Assembly: GCF_009914755.1 (NCBI RefSeq)
Contig: NC_060926.1
From: the human T2T-CHM13v2.0 reference genome, Homo sapiens
Strand: one strand, 5' to 3'
DNA: 64,000 bases
Numbering within the stretch: the stretch's first letter is position 1; the number at the start of each line of letters is the position of its first letter. A model generated the notes under the pieces. It saw only the letters and a program-made list of their open reading frames with translations, was not told the DNA's origin and searched no databases. Both the position numbers and the translations under genes were made by a program. Of the stretch, positions 1 to 13,940 are shown in pieces.

Positions 1-406
1 GCCTAGATTTTCTTCTAGGGTTTTTATGGTTGTGGGTTTTACATTTAAGTCTTTAATCCACCTTGAGTTAATTTTTGCATAAGATGTAAGGAAAAGGCCC
101 AGTTTTAGTTTTCTGCATAAGGCTAGCCAGTTTTCCTAGCACCACTTATTTAATAGGGAATCCTTTCCCCATTGCTTTTGTCAGGCTTGTCAGAGATCAG
201 ACGGTTGTAGATGTGTGGTCTTATTTCTGAAATCTCTATTCTGTTCTATAGGTCTATGTGTCTGTTTTGGTATCAATAACGTTGTTTTGGTTACTGTAGA
301 CTTGTAGTATAGTTTGAAGTCAGGTAGCGTGATGCCTCCAGCTTTGTTCTTTTTGCTTAGGATTGTCTTGGTTACACAGACTCTTTTTGGTTTCATATGA
401 ATTTTA

Positions 407-542
407 TTTTATTTTATTTTATATTTTATTTATTTTATTTTATTTTATTTATTTTATTTTATTTTTATTTTTATTTTATTTTAATTTTATTGTTTGAGAC
501 GGAGTCTCGCTCTGTCACCCAGGCTGGAGTCCAGTGGCACTC
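407..542 (-). mobile_element. Severely 5'-truncated Alu (last ~48 nt) with (TAAAA)n-type tail
   Basis: TGAGACGGAGTCTCGCTCTGTCACCCAGGCTGGAGT preceded by (TTTTA)n; TSD CATATGAATTTTA at 394-406 and 543-555. Confidence 0.9.
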
Positions 543-569
543 CATATGAATTTTAAAGTAGTTTTTTCT

Positions 570-873
570 TTTTTCTTTTTTTTTTTTTTTTGAGATGGAG
601 TCTTGCTCTGTCACCCAGGCTGGAGTGCAGTGGTGCGATTTCGGCTCACTATAAGCTCCACCTCCTGGATTCATGCCATTCTCCTGCCTCAGCCTCCTGA
701 GTAGCTGGTACTACAGGCACCCACCACCACACCGGGCTAATTTTTTGGTAGTTTTAGTAGAGACGGGGTTTCACCGTGTTAGCCAGGATGGTCTCAATCT
801 CCTGGCCTGGTGATCTGCCCGCCTCGGCCTCCCAAAGTGCTGGGATTACAGGGGTGATCCACTGCGCCCGGCC
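570..873 (-). mobile_element. Alu (AluY-like), full length
   Basis: Poly-T then both Alu arms ending CCCGGCC; TSD AAGTAGTTTTTTCT at 556-569 and 876-889. Confidence 0.95.
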
Positions 874-1247
874 TGAAGTAGTTTTTTCTGATTCCGTGAA
901 TGTCAAGGATAGTTTAATGGGAATAGCACTGAATCTTTACATTACTTTGGGCAGTATGGCCATTTTCATGATGTGGATTTTTCCTATCTATGAGCATGAA
1001 GTGTTTTTCCATTTGTTTGTGTCCTCTCTTATTTCCTTGAGCAGTGGTTTGTATTTCTCCTTGAAGAAGTCCTTCACATCTCTTGTTAGCTGCATTCCTA
1101 GGTATTTTATTCTCTTTGTAGCAATTGCGAATGGGAGTTCATTCGTGATTTGGCTCTCTGCTTGTCTGTTGTTGGTGTATAGGAATGCTTGTGAATTTTG
1201 CACATTGATTTTGTATCCTGAGATTTCGCTGAATTTGCTCATCAGCT

Positions 1248-1400
1248 TCAATGACAAAAACCACATAATTATCTCAATAGATGCAGAAAAGGCCTTTGAC
1301 AAAATTCAACATCGCTTTATGTTAAAAGCTCTCAATAATCTAGATATTGATGGGACATATCTCAAAATATTAAGAGTCATTTATGACAAACCCACAGCCA
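1248..1400 (+). repeat. Inverted duplicate of L1 segment 1634-1786 inserted in the same L1
   Basis: Sense-strand L1 ORF2 ([20 protein letters not shown]...IYDKPTA) interrupts the antisense L1; it matches the reverse complement of 1634-1786 with about 13 mismatches by manual count. Confidence 0.9.
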
Positions 1401-3761
1401 GGAGCTTTTGGGCCTAGACAATGGGCCTTTCTAGATATAGGATCGTGTCATTTGTAAATAAAGACAATTTGACTTTCTCTCTTCCTATTTGAATACCTTC
1501 ATTTCTTTCTCTTGCCTGATGGCCCTGACCAGAACTTCCAATACTATGTTCAATAGTGGTGAGAGAGGACATCCTTGTCTTGTGTTGGTTTTGAAAGGGA
1601 GTGCTTCCAGCTTTTGCCTATTCAGTATGATATTGGCTGTGAGTTTGTCATAAATGGCTCTCATTATTTTGAGATATGTCCCATCAATATCTAGCTGATT
1701 GAGAGTTTTTAACATAAAGGGATTTTGAATTTTATCAAAGGCCTTTTCTGCATCTGTTAAGATAATCATGTGGTTTTTGTCATTGATTCTGTTTATGTGA
1801 TGGATTGCGTTTATTGATTTGCATATGTTGAACTAACCTTGCATCCCAGGGATGAAGTTGACTTGATCGTGGTGGATAAGCTTTTTGATGTCTGCTGGAT
1901 TCAGTTTGCCAGTATTTTACTGAGGATTTTTGAATCAGGGATATTGGCTTGAAGTTTTCTTTTTTGTTGTGTCTCTGCCACATTTTGGTATCAGGATGAT
2001 GCTGGCCTCATAAAATTAGTTAGGGAGAAGTCCCTCCTTTTCAATTGTTTGGAATCACTTCAGAAGGAATGGTACCAGATCCTCTTTGTGTCTCTTGTAG
2101 AATTCAGCTATAGATCCATCTGGTCCTGGGCTTTTTATTGGTTAGGATATTTATTACTGTCTCAATTTCAGAACTTGTTATTGGTCTATTCAAGGATTTG
2201 ACTTCTTCCTGGTTTAGTCTTGGGAGGGTCTGTGTGTCCAGGGATTTATCCATTTCTCCCACATTTTCTAGTTTATTTGCCTAGAGCTGTTTATAGTATT
2301 CTCTGATGGTTGTTTTTATTTCTGTGGGGTCAGTGGTGATATTCCCTTTATCATTTTTATTGTGTCTATTTGATTTATTCTCTCCTTTCTTCTTTATTAG
2401 TCTAGCTAGCAGTCTAATTTATTATTTTTTTCAAAAAACCATCTCCTGGATTCACTGATTTTTTGAAGGTTTTTTTATGTCTCTATCTCCTTCAGTTCTG
2501 CTCTGATCTTAGTTATTTCTTATCTTCCGCTAGCTTTTGGATTTGTTGGCTCTTGGTTCCCTAGTTATTTTTGTTATGATGTTAGGATTTGAGATCTTTC
2601 TAGCTTTCTGATGTGGGCATTTAGTTCTTTAAATTTCCCTCTTAGTACTGCTTTAGCTATGTCCCAGAGATTCTGGTATGTTGTCTCTTTGTTCTCATTG
2701 GTTTTAAAGAACTTCTTGATTTCGGCCTCAATTTCACTATTTACCCAGGAGTCATTTAGGAGCAGGCTGTTCAATTTCCATGTAGTTATGTGGTTTTGAG
2801 TGAGTTTCTTAATCTTGAGTACTAATTTGATAGCACTGTGGTCTGAGAGACTGTTTGCTAAGATTTCACCTCTCTTGCATTTGCTGAGGAGCGTTTTTCT
2901 TCCAATTTTGTGATCGATTTTAGAGTAAGTGCCATGTGGCACTGAGAAGAATGTATATTCCATTGATTTGGGGTGGAGAGTTCTGTAGATATCCATCATT
3001 TCTACCTGATCCAGAGCTGAGTTCATGTCCTGAATACACTTGTTAATTTTCTGTCTCGATGATATGTCTAATATTGACAGTGTGGTGTTGAAGTCACCCA
3101 CCATTATTGTGTGGGAGTCCAAGTCTTTTTGTAGGTCTCTAAGAACTTGTTTTATGAACCTGGGTGCTCCTGTATTGGGTGCATATATATTTAAGATTGT
3201 TAGCTCTTCCTAATGAATTGATCCCTTTACTATTATGTAATGCCCTTCTTTGTCTTTTTTAATCTTTGTAGGTTTAAAGTCTGTTTTGTCAGAAACTAGG
3301 ATTTCAACCCTTGCTTTTTTTCTGCTTTCCATTTGTTTGGTGTAAATTTTCCTTCATCTCTTTATTTTGAGCCAATGTGTGTCTTTGCACATGAGATAGG
3401 TCTCTTGAATACAGCACACTGTTGGGTCCTGACTCCTTATCCAATCCAATTTGCCAGTCTGTGTCTTTTAAATGGGGCATTTAGCCCATTTACATTTAGG
3501 GTTAATATTGTTATGTGTGAATTTGATCCTCTCATCATGATGCTAGCTCAGCAATCTCTTGGTCTGAAGGAGCATATGGCATACTTTGCTACTTTATATA
3601 ATTTCTAGAATTAACATTCCAAGTCCTATGAAAAACTCTCTGTGTTTTATATTTTGACACTGGCATACCTGCCAACATTATTATATGATGTTTTCTTGAT
3701 AAATTACATAATTGTTTTTAGACTTTGAAACTACCAGTCAGTGATTTAAAAACTATCTTAA

Positions 3762-4106
<345 letters not shown>

Positions 4107-4164
4107 CTACATCATATCAACATCATGACTCCCTGATATGATGTACTCCCTCTGATATTTCAGT

Positions 4165-4460
4165 TTCCAGAATTGCCCCATTCCAAATCATTTTCCACCT
4201 GCAGCCAGAATAAGCTTTTGAAAATGCAAAAGTGACCATGTTCTTTACTTAAAACTTAAAAACAATGGTTTTCTATGGCCCTTAGAAATCAGTCCAAAAT
4301 GTCAGTATGTCCCTCCAGGTCCTTCACGATTTGAACTTTGCTTATTCCTCTGGTCTTCCATCTCCTTCACCCTCTTTGCCAGTTTGCCTGGGCCACACTT
4401 GGAGATCCTCACTAGTGCCATGCCCTCCCACCCCAGTTTAGAGCTGTGTCACACCTTGTG
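4165..4460 (+). mobile_element. L2 fragment
   Basis: CCACCTGCAGCCAGAATAAGCTTTTGAAAATGCAAAAGTGACCATG...CAATGG resembles the L2 consensus. Confidence 0.55.
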
Positions 4461-4619
4461 TCCCAAAGTTTCCCTCTAGAGTAGTTACAAAACTATTGGT
4501 CTTTATAGCATCTCCTGTCTTTCCTCCCTTTTCTTCTCTGCTCCCCCACACTGATACACTTCTTGCACTACAATGGAATGACCCAACCTTAACTACCATC
4601 ATGAATTTTAAGGATCTCT

Positions 4620-5035
4620 ATCCAGTTTGGAAGCTGAGATGGCAACCGACAAAATATTGACAAAAAATAGCTGAAACAATATTTATTTTTTTTCTACAAA
4701 ATAAGCAGCTGGTATTGGTTGATCCAGAGTTAATTCCATGGCTCAATGATGTCAGGGTAAGCTTCTTTCTTTCACTATTTGCCTCATGGTCACAAGATGG
4801 CCATAGCAGCTGCAAGCAACCTAGAGAGGAAAAAGGTCTTCTCTTCTTTATTATTCTCTTTTTATCAGGCACGGAAATGTGTCTCAGAAATCATCTGGGA
4901 GACTCACTTTCACGTGCCATTGGCCAGAGCTGCCCCAATAATTTGGATCTGGCATATCTGACAGCTATGAACACAGGCTTCCTCTGCTAGCAAGGAGGAA
5001 AGGCGAGGGGGATCATGGTAGGAAAATGTCTGACA
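4620..5035 (-). mobile_element. Old MaLR/ERVL LTR fragment (MLT1-like)
   Basis: GCTCAATGATGTCAGGG, CCTCATGGTCACAAGATGGCC and CCATTGGCCAGAGCTG motifs typical of antisense old MLT1 LTRs. Confidence 0.5.
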
Positions 5036-5139
5036 GAGGATTTCCCTGTTTATAGTGAAGATTTCTGTGTGAACTTGTGAAGGAAAGTATTCTGAAAATA
5101 AGGGGTTAATATCCGAAATCTATTTGATAATATCATGAG

Positions 5140-5340
5140 CTACGCAATATGGCAGCCATTAACCATCTACAACTTTTTAAAATTAAAATTAGATTAATTA
5201 AAATAAGATTAAATAAAAAATATAGTGTCTTTTTTTGTAAGTCGTATTCCAAGTGTTCAACAATCACTTGTGGGTACCTTATTGAATAGCACATATAAAA
5301 CAAATTTCATCCTTGCAGAAAGTTTTATTAAATAACTGGT
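5140..5340. mobile_element. hAT-Charlie MITE (MER3/MER33-like)
   Basis: AATATGGCAGCCATTAACC...AAGTGTTCAACAATCACTTGTGG...CATCCTTGCAGAAAGTTTTATT matches the recalled MER3/33 layout. Confidence 0.55.
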
Positions 5341-6029
5341 TTGGAGCTTACTTAGAAAAGCTTTTGAGGGTTGATCTAGACCAAGCCTGTGAGAGGGTCC
5401 TGTATATTGATAGTTCTTAACAAACATTTAGTAAGTTGAGAAAAGTTAGAAAAATTGCATAAAGTAAATTTATTGCATCTAGGTTTACTACTTTTTGCTT
5501 TAATTGGTTATAAGTAATTTTATTCTAGTAGATTTCCTTTTAAAAGTAACTATAAAATCAATCATATGACACATTTTATCTTTTTTCTACTTTTTAATTA
5601 ATAGACACATTTTTTTGAAAAGGCCACACTCTCAAAAAGTTGAAGTATAAAATTAAATTGTCAAACAAATAGTTATGACTTGCATTGCAAGCAGAATTAT
5701 TGTAAATATATATTAAGCCAGTTAATTACTCAGACCATTTAATGAGTTCCATTAATGTGAGCAAATTCAATCCATTAATTATATTTCCAATGGTTATCCC
5801 TGTTAAAGGATGAAAAATAAAAGAAAGTAAAACTCAGTTGTAGTGTAGCAGTAACTCAACAGTTCACACAAGGACTTTAGGCTCCAGCAAAGCTAACATA
5901 CATGCAGTGTCCTGAAGACATCATACTATATCACCCTTTCAGTCCTATATCAAAGGATATTTACTTTGCATACTTCGTGTTTTTATTATTTACTTGAATA
6001 TTTTACTTTGAAAAACTATTTTGTTTTTA

Positions 6030-6740
<711 letters not shown>

Positions 6741-7624
6741 TAATGTACCCTTCACTCAGATTCTCCCAATGGTTGCACCTTATGCAATACTATCAAATAT
6801 GTGTTGGCATATTTCCCAAACCAGGAAATTTACATTGACACAATATGTGTGTTTAGTTCATTTATGCAATACTATCAAATACTGATGGTACAGTACCAAA
6901 TCCAGGAAATTGACATTGGTGCAATATGTGTGTTTTGTTCAGCATCATTTTATTACATGTAGAAGATTCACGTAATTACTACAATCAAGTTACAAAACCG
7001 TCCTATCATCACAAGACTCCACTGTGTTATCCATTTGTAGCCCCAACCACACCCTATGTCTCCACACCCTTCCCCTAACCCCATTATTCCTAACTCTGGC
7101 AACTGCTAATCTGTGTTCCAGCTCTACAATTTTATCATCTTGAGAATGTAATGGAAGTGGAATCAGAATATACTATCTTTGATACTGACTTTTTTTTACT
7201 CATGTATTGTCCCTGAGATCCACTGAAGTTGCTGCAAGTCTCAATAGTTTGTTTCTTTTTATTGCTGAAGTGTATGGCATGAATGTAACACAGTTTAACC
7301 ATTCATTGATTTATAGAATATTTTTATTGTTTTTAATTTTTGACTATCACAAATAAAGCTGCTATAAAACTTTTTGTGGGGACATAAGTTTTCATTTCTC
7401 TAGGATAAATGCCAAGGAGTGTGACTGCTGGGTTGTATGGTAAGTGTATGTTTAGTTTTTTGAGAGGCTGTCAGACTGTTTCCCAGTGTCACTGTACCAT
7501 TTTACATTCCCAACAGCAAAATCTGAGAGATCCCATTTCTCCACATCCTTACCAGCATTTGATATTTTCATTATTTTAATTTTAGCACTTCTAATAGGTG
7601 CATAGGATATCTCATTATGGTCTT

Positions 7625-8133
7625 TGCTATGGTTTGAATGTGTCCCCTCCAAAACTCATGTTGAAATTTTAAACCCATTGTGGTAGTCTTAAGAGATGGG
7701 GGCCTTTTGGAGGAAAAAATAAGTAATAAGTAATGGATTACTGATAGATTAGTGTTTTTTTGTTACGTATTAGTAATCTATTACTTATAAGATATTTTAT
7801 TATAGTAATCTATATTACTTAGTGTTTTTTATTATAGTAATATTAGTAATAGATTGCTAATCTATTACTGATAGATTAGTGTTTTTTATTAGTGCTTTAT
7901 AAAAGGACTGGAGAATGCTAGCTAGTCCCTTTGCCCTCTTGCCTCCTACCCCGTGAGGATGCAGCATTCATGGCATCATCTGGAAGCACAGAGCTACCCT
8001 CACGAGACACCAGACCTGCTGGTACCTTGATCTTGGACTCTTCAGTCTCCAAAATTGCAAGCAATAAATTTCTGTTATTTACAAATTACCCAGTTTGTGA
8101 TTTTTTAAATATCAGCACCAATGGTCCAAGACA
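7625..8133 (+). mobile_element. MaLR solo LTR (MST-type)
   Basis: TGCTATGGTTTGAATGTGTCCCCTCCAAAACTCATGTTGAAA...AATAAATTTCTG...AAGACA; TSD GTCTT at 7620-7624 and 8134-8138. Confidence 0.85.
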
Positions 8134-10911
8134 GTCTTCATTTGCATTTTCCTAGTGGCCAGATATTGAACATTTCTATGTGCTTGGTGAAATGTCTCTT
8201 TAGATCTTTTGCACATTCTAATTTCTGTTGAATTTCTAGACTTCTTTACATATTATATATATAAGCCCTTTGTCAGATATGGGGCTTGCAGATATTTTGC
8301 CTTGTATTTTCATTTTATTAACAAAGTTTCTTACAGAGCAAAAATATAATTTTGATGAATATTAATTCACAATTTTTTTCAATAATTCATGCTTTTTGTA
8401 CTAGGTTTAAGAACTCTTCAGCAAGCCCTAGGTCCTGAAGATATCTCCTGTGTTATCATATAGAAGTTTTATAATTTAGTGTTTTACGTTTAAATCTATG
8501 ATCCATTTTGAGTTAATTTTTGTAAAAGGTATAAGATTTATGCTGAGGTTCATTTTTGTGCCTGTGAATATGCAGTTTCTTTGGCGTGATTGTTGAAATG
8601 ACTATTCTTCCTCTGTTGAGTTGTGTTTGCACATTTGTCAAAAAATCAGATCAGTTGGCACTCTTGTATTGGGTTGTTTCTGAATTCTCTATTATGTACC
8701 ATTAATCTATGTGTCTGTTCCCTCTGCCAATATCACACAATCTTGATTACTATGTCTTGTAGTTGTCTTGAAGTTGAGAAAAATAATTTCTTCCACTTTC
8801 TTCTTTATTTTTTCAAAATTGATTTAGCTATTGATCTAGCTTCTAGTTTCTTTGCCCTTCTGTATAAATTTTAGAACAATTTTATCTATGTCTACGGAAA
8901 GTCTTGCTGAGCTTCTGATAGGAATTGCATTATACATGTATATAAATTTAGGGAGAGTTGACATCCTTACTATATTAAATTTCTAGTCCACAAATATGAC
9001 ATGTCTTTTGATTTATTTAGATCTTCTTTGATTGACTCCATTAGTGATTTTTAGTTTTCACCGTGCAAGTCTATATCTTTGGTTAGACATGCACCTAAGT
9101 ATTTTGGGGGCAGTAATAAATGATATTATATTTTAAATTTGTTTCCCCATGTTATTGCTAATATATATAAGTACAATTGATTTTTATATGTTGATCTCTT
9201 ACCCTGAGATCTTGCTTCACTCACTTATTCTAAAGTTTTTGTAGATTTCTTGGGTTTCTCTGTATAGACCATTATCTCATCTGCAAATTGGGGCAGTTCT
9301 ACTTCCTCTTCTTTTTGTCTGCATGCCTTTTATTTTGTTTTCTTGCTTTATTTTTAGTACTATAGTGGACGGGAGTGGTGAGAGTGGACATCCTTGCTTT
9401 ATCTCTTTTTCGTTTCTGGATAATGCTGAGTTCTTAGAATAAGCTAGGAAATGTTTCCTTCTCTTCTTTTTTCTGGAAGACATTGTGTAGAATTAGTGTT
9501 AATTCTTAAATATTTGGTAGAATCCTCCCATGAAGGCATCTGAGCCTGGAAATTTTTTGGGGGGCATTTTTAAGTTATAAATCCAATTTTCTTAATCATT
9601 ATAGGGTTATTCAAACTATTTTATGTTGGGAAAGTTGTGATACTTTGTTCTTCTCAAATAATTGATCTGCTGCTTCTAAGACATAACATTTATGTTTGTA
9701 GAGTTGTTCCTAGTACTCTTATATTATCCTTTTCTTATCTGCAGTAACAATATTCCCGTTTCATTTCTGCTATTGGTAATGTGTGTTTTCTTTTTTTTTT
9801 TTTTTTTTGTCAAAAACACCTTACTAGATGTTTGCCAATTTTAAAGATTTTCCCAAAGGATCAAGTTTTTGTTTCATTGATTTTCTTTCTTTTTTTATGT
9901 TCTAAATAACATTGATTTCTGCTCTTGTCTTAATTTTTGCTCTCTTCTGCTTGCTTTGGGTTTATTTTGCTTGTCTTTTTCTGGGTTCTAAAGATGGAAA
10001 CTTCAACTACAGATTTGTGATTTTTCCTTTTTTCTAATATGTGCTACTAGTGCTATAGATTTTCCTCTCAAAACTGCCCTAGACAGCATGTTTCATTTCA
10101 TTGGCACTTGAAAATAATGCATATTCTGGTGTTGGATGGTATGTTCTACAAATGTCAATTAGATCCTGTCTGATAATTTTGCTGAGCTCTTCTGCTGATT
10201 TTCTGTCTAGTTGTTTTATCAACTGTTGAGAGAGAAGTATTGAGGTCTCTGTTATTGTGGTTTTTACATTCTCCTTTTAGTTATTTCAATTTTTGCTTCA
10301 CATGGGTGCATACAGATTTAGATTTGCTATACCTTCTTGGTAGATTGCTATTTTTTGAAATCATGTAATGCTTCTTTTTGTTCCTGGTAATTTTTTTTTT
10401 TTTGGCTTGGATGTCAACTTTATCTGACAACAATGTAGCTATTCATAGTTTCCTTTGATTAAAGGTTGCATGGTATACCATTTTCCATCCTTTTACTTTC
10501 AACCTACCTAAAACCTTACATTTGAAGTGAGTTTCTTACAGACAGAATATAATGGAGTTGTGTTTTTTGTTTGTTTTGCTCTTATCTATTTTCCCAATCT
10601 CTGTTTTCTAATTGGTGTATTTGTATCACTTGCATTTAATGTAATGTAACTTACAGATATGTAAGGGCTTAAGTCTGATGAGTGTTTTTGTTGTTGTTTT
10701 GTGCTTGTTCATTTTTTATTTCTGTTTTCTTCTTCATTTCTGTGAACTTAGAATTCTCTTTTGCATTATCTGTACAATTTTTAGAAGGACTACTTATCAC
10801 AAACTACTGGTGTCAGCATTTTACCAGTTTGAATTTACAAACTCTTACCTCCCTTCACATTTCTTTAATATCCCCCATTTATAATTGTTTTGTATATATT
10901 ATGTACATACA

Positions 10912-11458
10912 GGGTGCTTCATTGTTCATTGGGTGGCTAGGTTGTGTGAACAAAGTTAAAAGGCTGATTAGTGCCACCAAGGAAGGAGACCAATGCATGA
11001 TTTGAGGTAGCTGAGAACAGGCAATAGACACATCAGGCTCAAGTTGCATGTTGTTTACTTGCAGAATAAGGAAAGAGCATGAGCACAAGATATAGCCCCT
11101 TGCAATGCATTGGCCCCCATGTGGCCAGCAGATCCACTGCACATACGATGTTGGCAGTGTGGCTACACACGCTCTAGTTTGTCCTGCAGTAGAAGCACCT
11201 TCTCCTTCTCCCATGGGGACCTGAAATATAGAAAGCCAGGGACATGCTTGAGGACACTGACACATACACATGCTTAGGCATAACAAAGGAGTAACTACAT
11301 CAAGGCCAGAACAGGGAAGATACTCTCTCACAAGGCGATAAACCCAGCATTAGTTATGAGGGCTCTTTACCTCTTTGTAAGGAATGTTCCAGGCCTAAGT
11401 CTACTCTCAGGTAGCCATTCAAGGGCTGAGGAGCTGTGCATGACTGCCTTTCCCAACA
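10912..11458 (-). mobile_element. ERVL-class LTR inserted in old L1
   Basis: Reverse complement starts TGTTGGGAAAGGCAGTC...GGCCTGGAACATTCC; it interrupts contiguous L1 sequence (TACATACA|TTGAGAACC). Confidence 0.6.
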
Positions 11459-11513
11459 CATTGAGAACCACGTCAAACAGTGTTATAATTTTTGCTTTAT
11501 CTCTCAAACATAG

Positions 11514-11895
<382 letters not shown>

Positions 11896-12322
11896 CCAAG
11901 ATTCCTTCTTTTATCTCTCCTCTTCTGTTTAGAGAACTTCTTTTAGCCCTTATTTTAAAGTAAGTCTTCTGGGGAGAAATTCTCCTACTTTTCATTCATC
12001 TGAGAATATCTTAACTTCTCCTTCATTTCCGGAATGCATTGTTCCTGGATATAGAATTCTGAGTTGACAGTTGGCTTATTTCTTGAAAAATACGTGCCTC
12101 TTCTTTCTGGCCTCCAGGGCTTCTAATGGGAAATCTGCTATAATCTAACTGGTTTTCCCCTTTAGGTTAGGGATCATTTTTCTCTCATCACCGCTTTTAA
12201 GACATTTGCCTTCAGTTTTCAAACATTTGACTGTGATATATCTTGTGTGGGTTTCTCTCAGTTCATCCTGTTCAGAATTTTTCTAGGCTTTTTGAATCTG
12301 TAGAATTTTGGCATTTTCTAAG

Positions 12323-12680
12323 TGTATTAGTCTGTTCTCATGCTGCCAATAAAGACAAACCCCAGACTGGATAACTTACAAAGGAAAGAGGTTTAGTTGA
12401 CTCAGTTAGTTCCACATGGTTGGGGAGGCCTCACAACCACAGCAGAAGGCGAATGAGGAGCAAGGTCACATCTTATGTAGTGGCAGGCAAGAGAGATTGT
12501 GGAGGGGAACTCCCATTTATAAAACCATCAGATCTCATGAGACTTATTCACTACCACAATAACAGTATGGGGGAAACCACCCCCATGATTCAATTATCTC
12601 CACCTGGCCCCACCCTTGACATGTGGGGATTATTACAGTTCACGGTGAGGTTTGGCTGGGGACACAGCCAAACCATATCG
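12323..12680 (-). mobile_element. THE1 solo LTR (MaLR)
   Basis: TGTATTAGTCTGTTCTCATGCTGCC...GGGACACAGCCAAACCATATC. Confidence 0.9.
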
Positions 12681-13624
12681 CCAAATATAAGAAATTTTCA
12701 GTAATTATTTCTTCAAAGGCTTTTTCATCCCATCTTATATATTCTTTTTTTCTGGGACATCAATGACGTGCATGCAAGACCTTTTATTATCATCCCAGAA
12801 GTCCCTGAGACTCTGCTCATTTGTTTTCAGTCTATTTTCTCAGTATTGTTTGGATTAGGTAATTTCTATTGTTTTATCTTAAGATGTCCTAATTATTTAC
12901 TTTGTTTTTGTCCATTCTGATTTTGAGTCCATTTATTTAATTCTAATTTTGGTTATTGTATTTTTAATTTCCAAAACTTCTTTTAGTCTTTGTATTTTCT
13001 ATTTCTTTGCTGCGATTGTTTGTGTATGTTTCTATTTTTATTTAGTTTGTGGCATGTATTTGTAATTCCTCATTGAAGCAATTTTATAATGGCTGCTTTA
13101 GATTCCTTGTCATATAATCCTAACCTCTGTGTCATTTCTGTTGTGTACCTGTTAATTGTCTGTTCTGATCCAAGTTGAGATTTTTCCAGGTTTTGATACA
13201 AGTGATTTTCAATTGAACCCTGGGTATTTTGAATATTGAATATTATGAGACTCTACTTTTTTAAAAAAATCTACTCTTTTAATAGGTTTCCTTTGACATT
13301 TCAATGGCAGGGGAAGTGGGTACCACTCTTTTACTGCCAGATGTGGGAGGAAGTCCGGGTTTCCTACTTGGTCTTCATTGACACTCCCTGGATGAGTAGG
13401 ACACCTTGTTATTGCCTGGGAGGGCTAGGATTTCAAGATCCCCACTATGTGTTTGTTGATATCAACTTGGCTGGATGGGATAGGGGTTTCTCATTGCTGC
13501 TTCTCACATGATCTCCACTCACACATGACATAGTGGCCTCATCACCACTAGTTGGTGGTGAAAGTCTTGACTATCCAGTAGACTTCTGATGCTACTCTGG
13601 CAGTGTTCTGGTTGGTTTAGTGGG

Positions 13625-13940
13625 TTCCTGCAAGTGGCAATTCAGGAACCCTGGCCTTTTCTATCCTGCCATTCCTCCATTCCTCAGTATCTTGCAGTTC
13701 TTGGTTCCAGATAGCAGATGGGGAGAAAGTAGAGAAGGCACACCTCTGTCCTTGAAACACCAGTCCACAAGTGATGTACACTAATTTCTCTCACACTCCT
13801 TTGGTGAGAACTGGTCATGTAATTGCACCTGGATAAAAAGTAAGTTGAGAAATACAGACCTTTGCTAGAGAGATGCTTCCCAGTAACTACTCTACACCAT
13901 GAGAACAGCATTATTTAATGTGGCCTATTAGCTTTCTGTA
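13625..13940 (-). mobile_element. Old MLT1 LTR fragment
   Basis: GAAGGCACACCTCTG...CTCACACTCCTTTGGTGAGAACTGGTCATG motif. Confidence 0.5.

Larger units (their letters stand above)
1..3548 (-). mobile_element. LINE-1 (L1PA/L1PB-type) ORF2 region, 5'-truncated near the ORF2 start; degraded
   Basis: Minus-strand ORF fragments match L1 ORF2 (endonuclease [26 protein letters not shown]; RT-region [20 protein letters not shown]). The element ends at 3548, where the reverse complement reads AGCTAGCATCATGATGAGAGGATCAAATTCACACATAAC (ORF2 start region). It continues off the left edge. Confidence 0.95.

Noticed and set aside
776-1417. 213-aa ORF with hydrophobic stretches
   Set aside because: Chimera of antisense Alu, antisense L1 and the inverted L1 insert; T-rich antisense L1 routinely gives such ORFs.
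5680-5800. Cluster of TAAT/ATTA homeobox-like motifs
   Set aside because: Expected by chance in AT-rich DNA; cannot be supported without conservation data.
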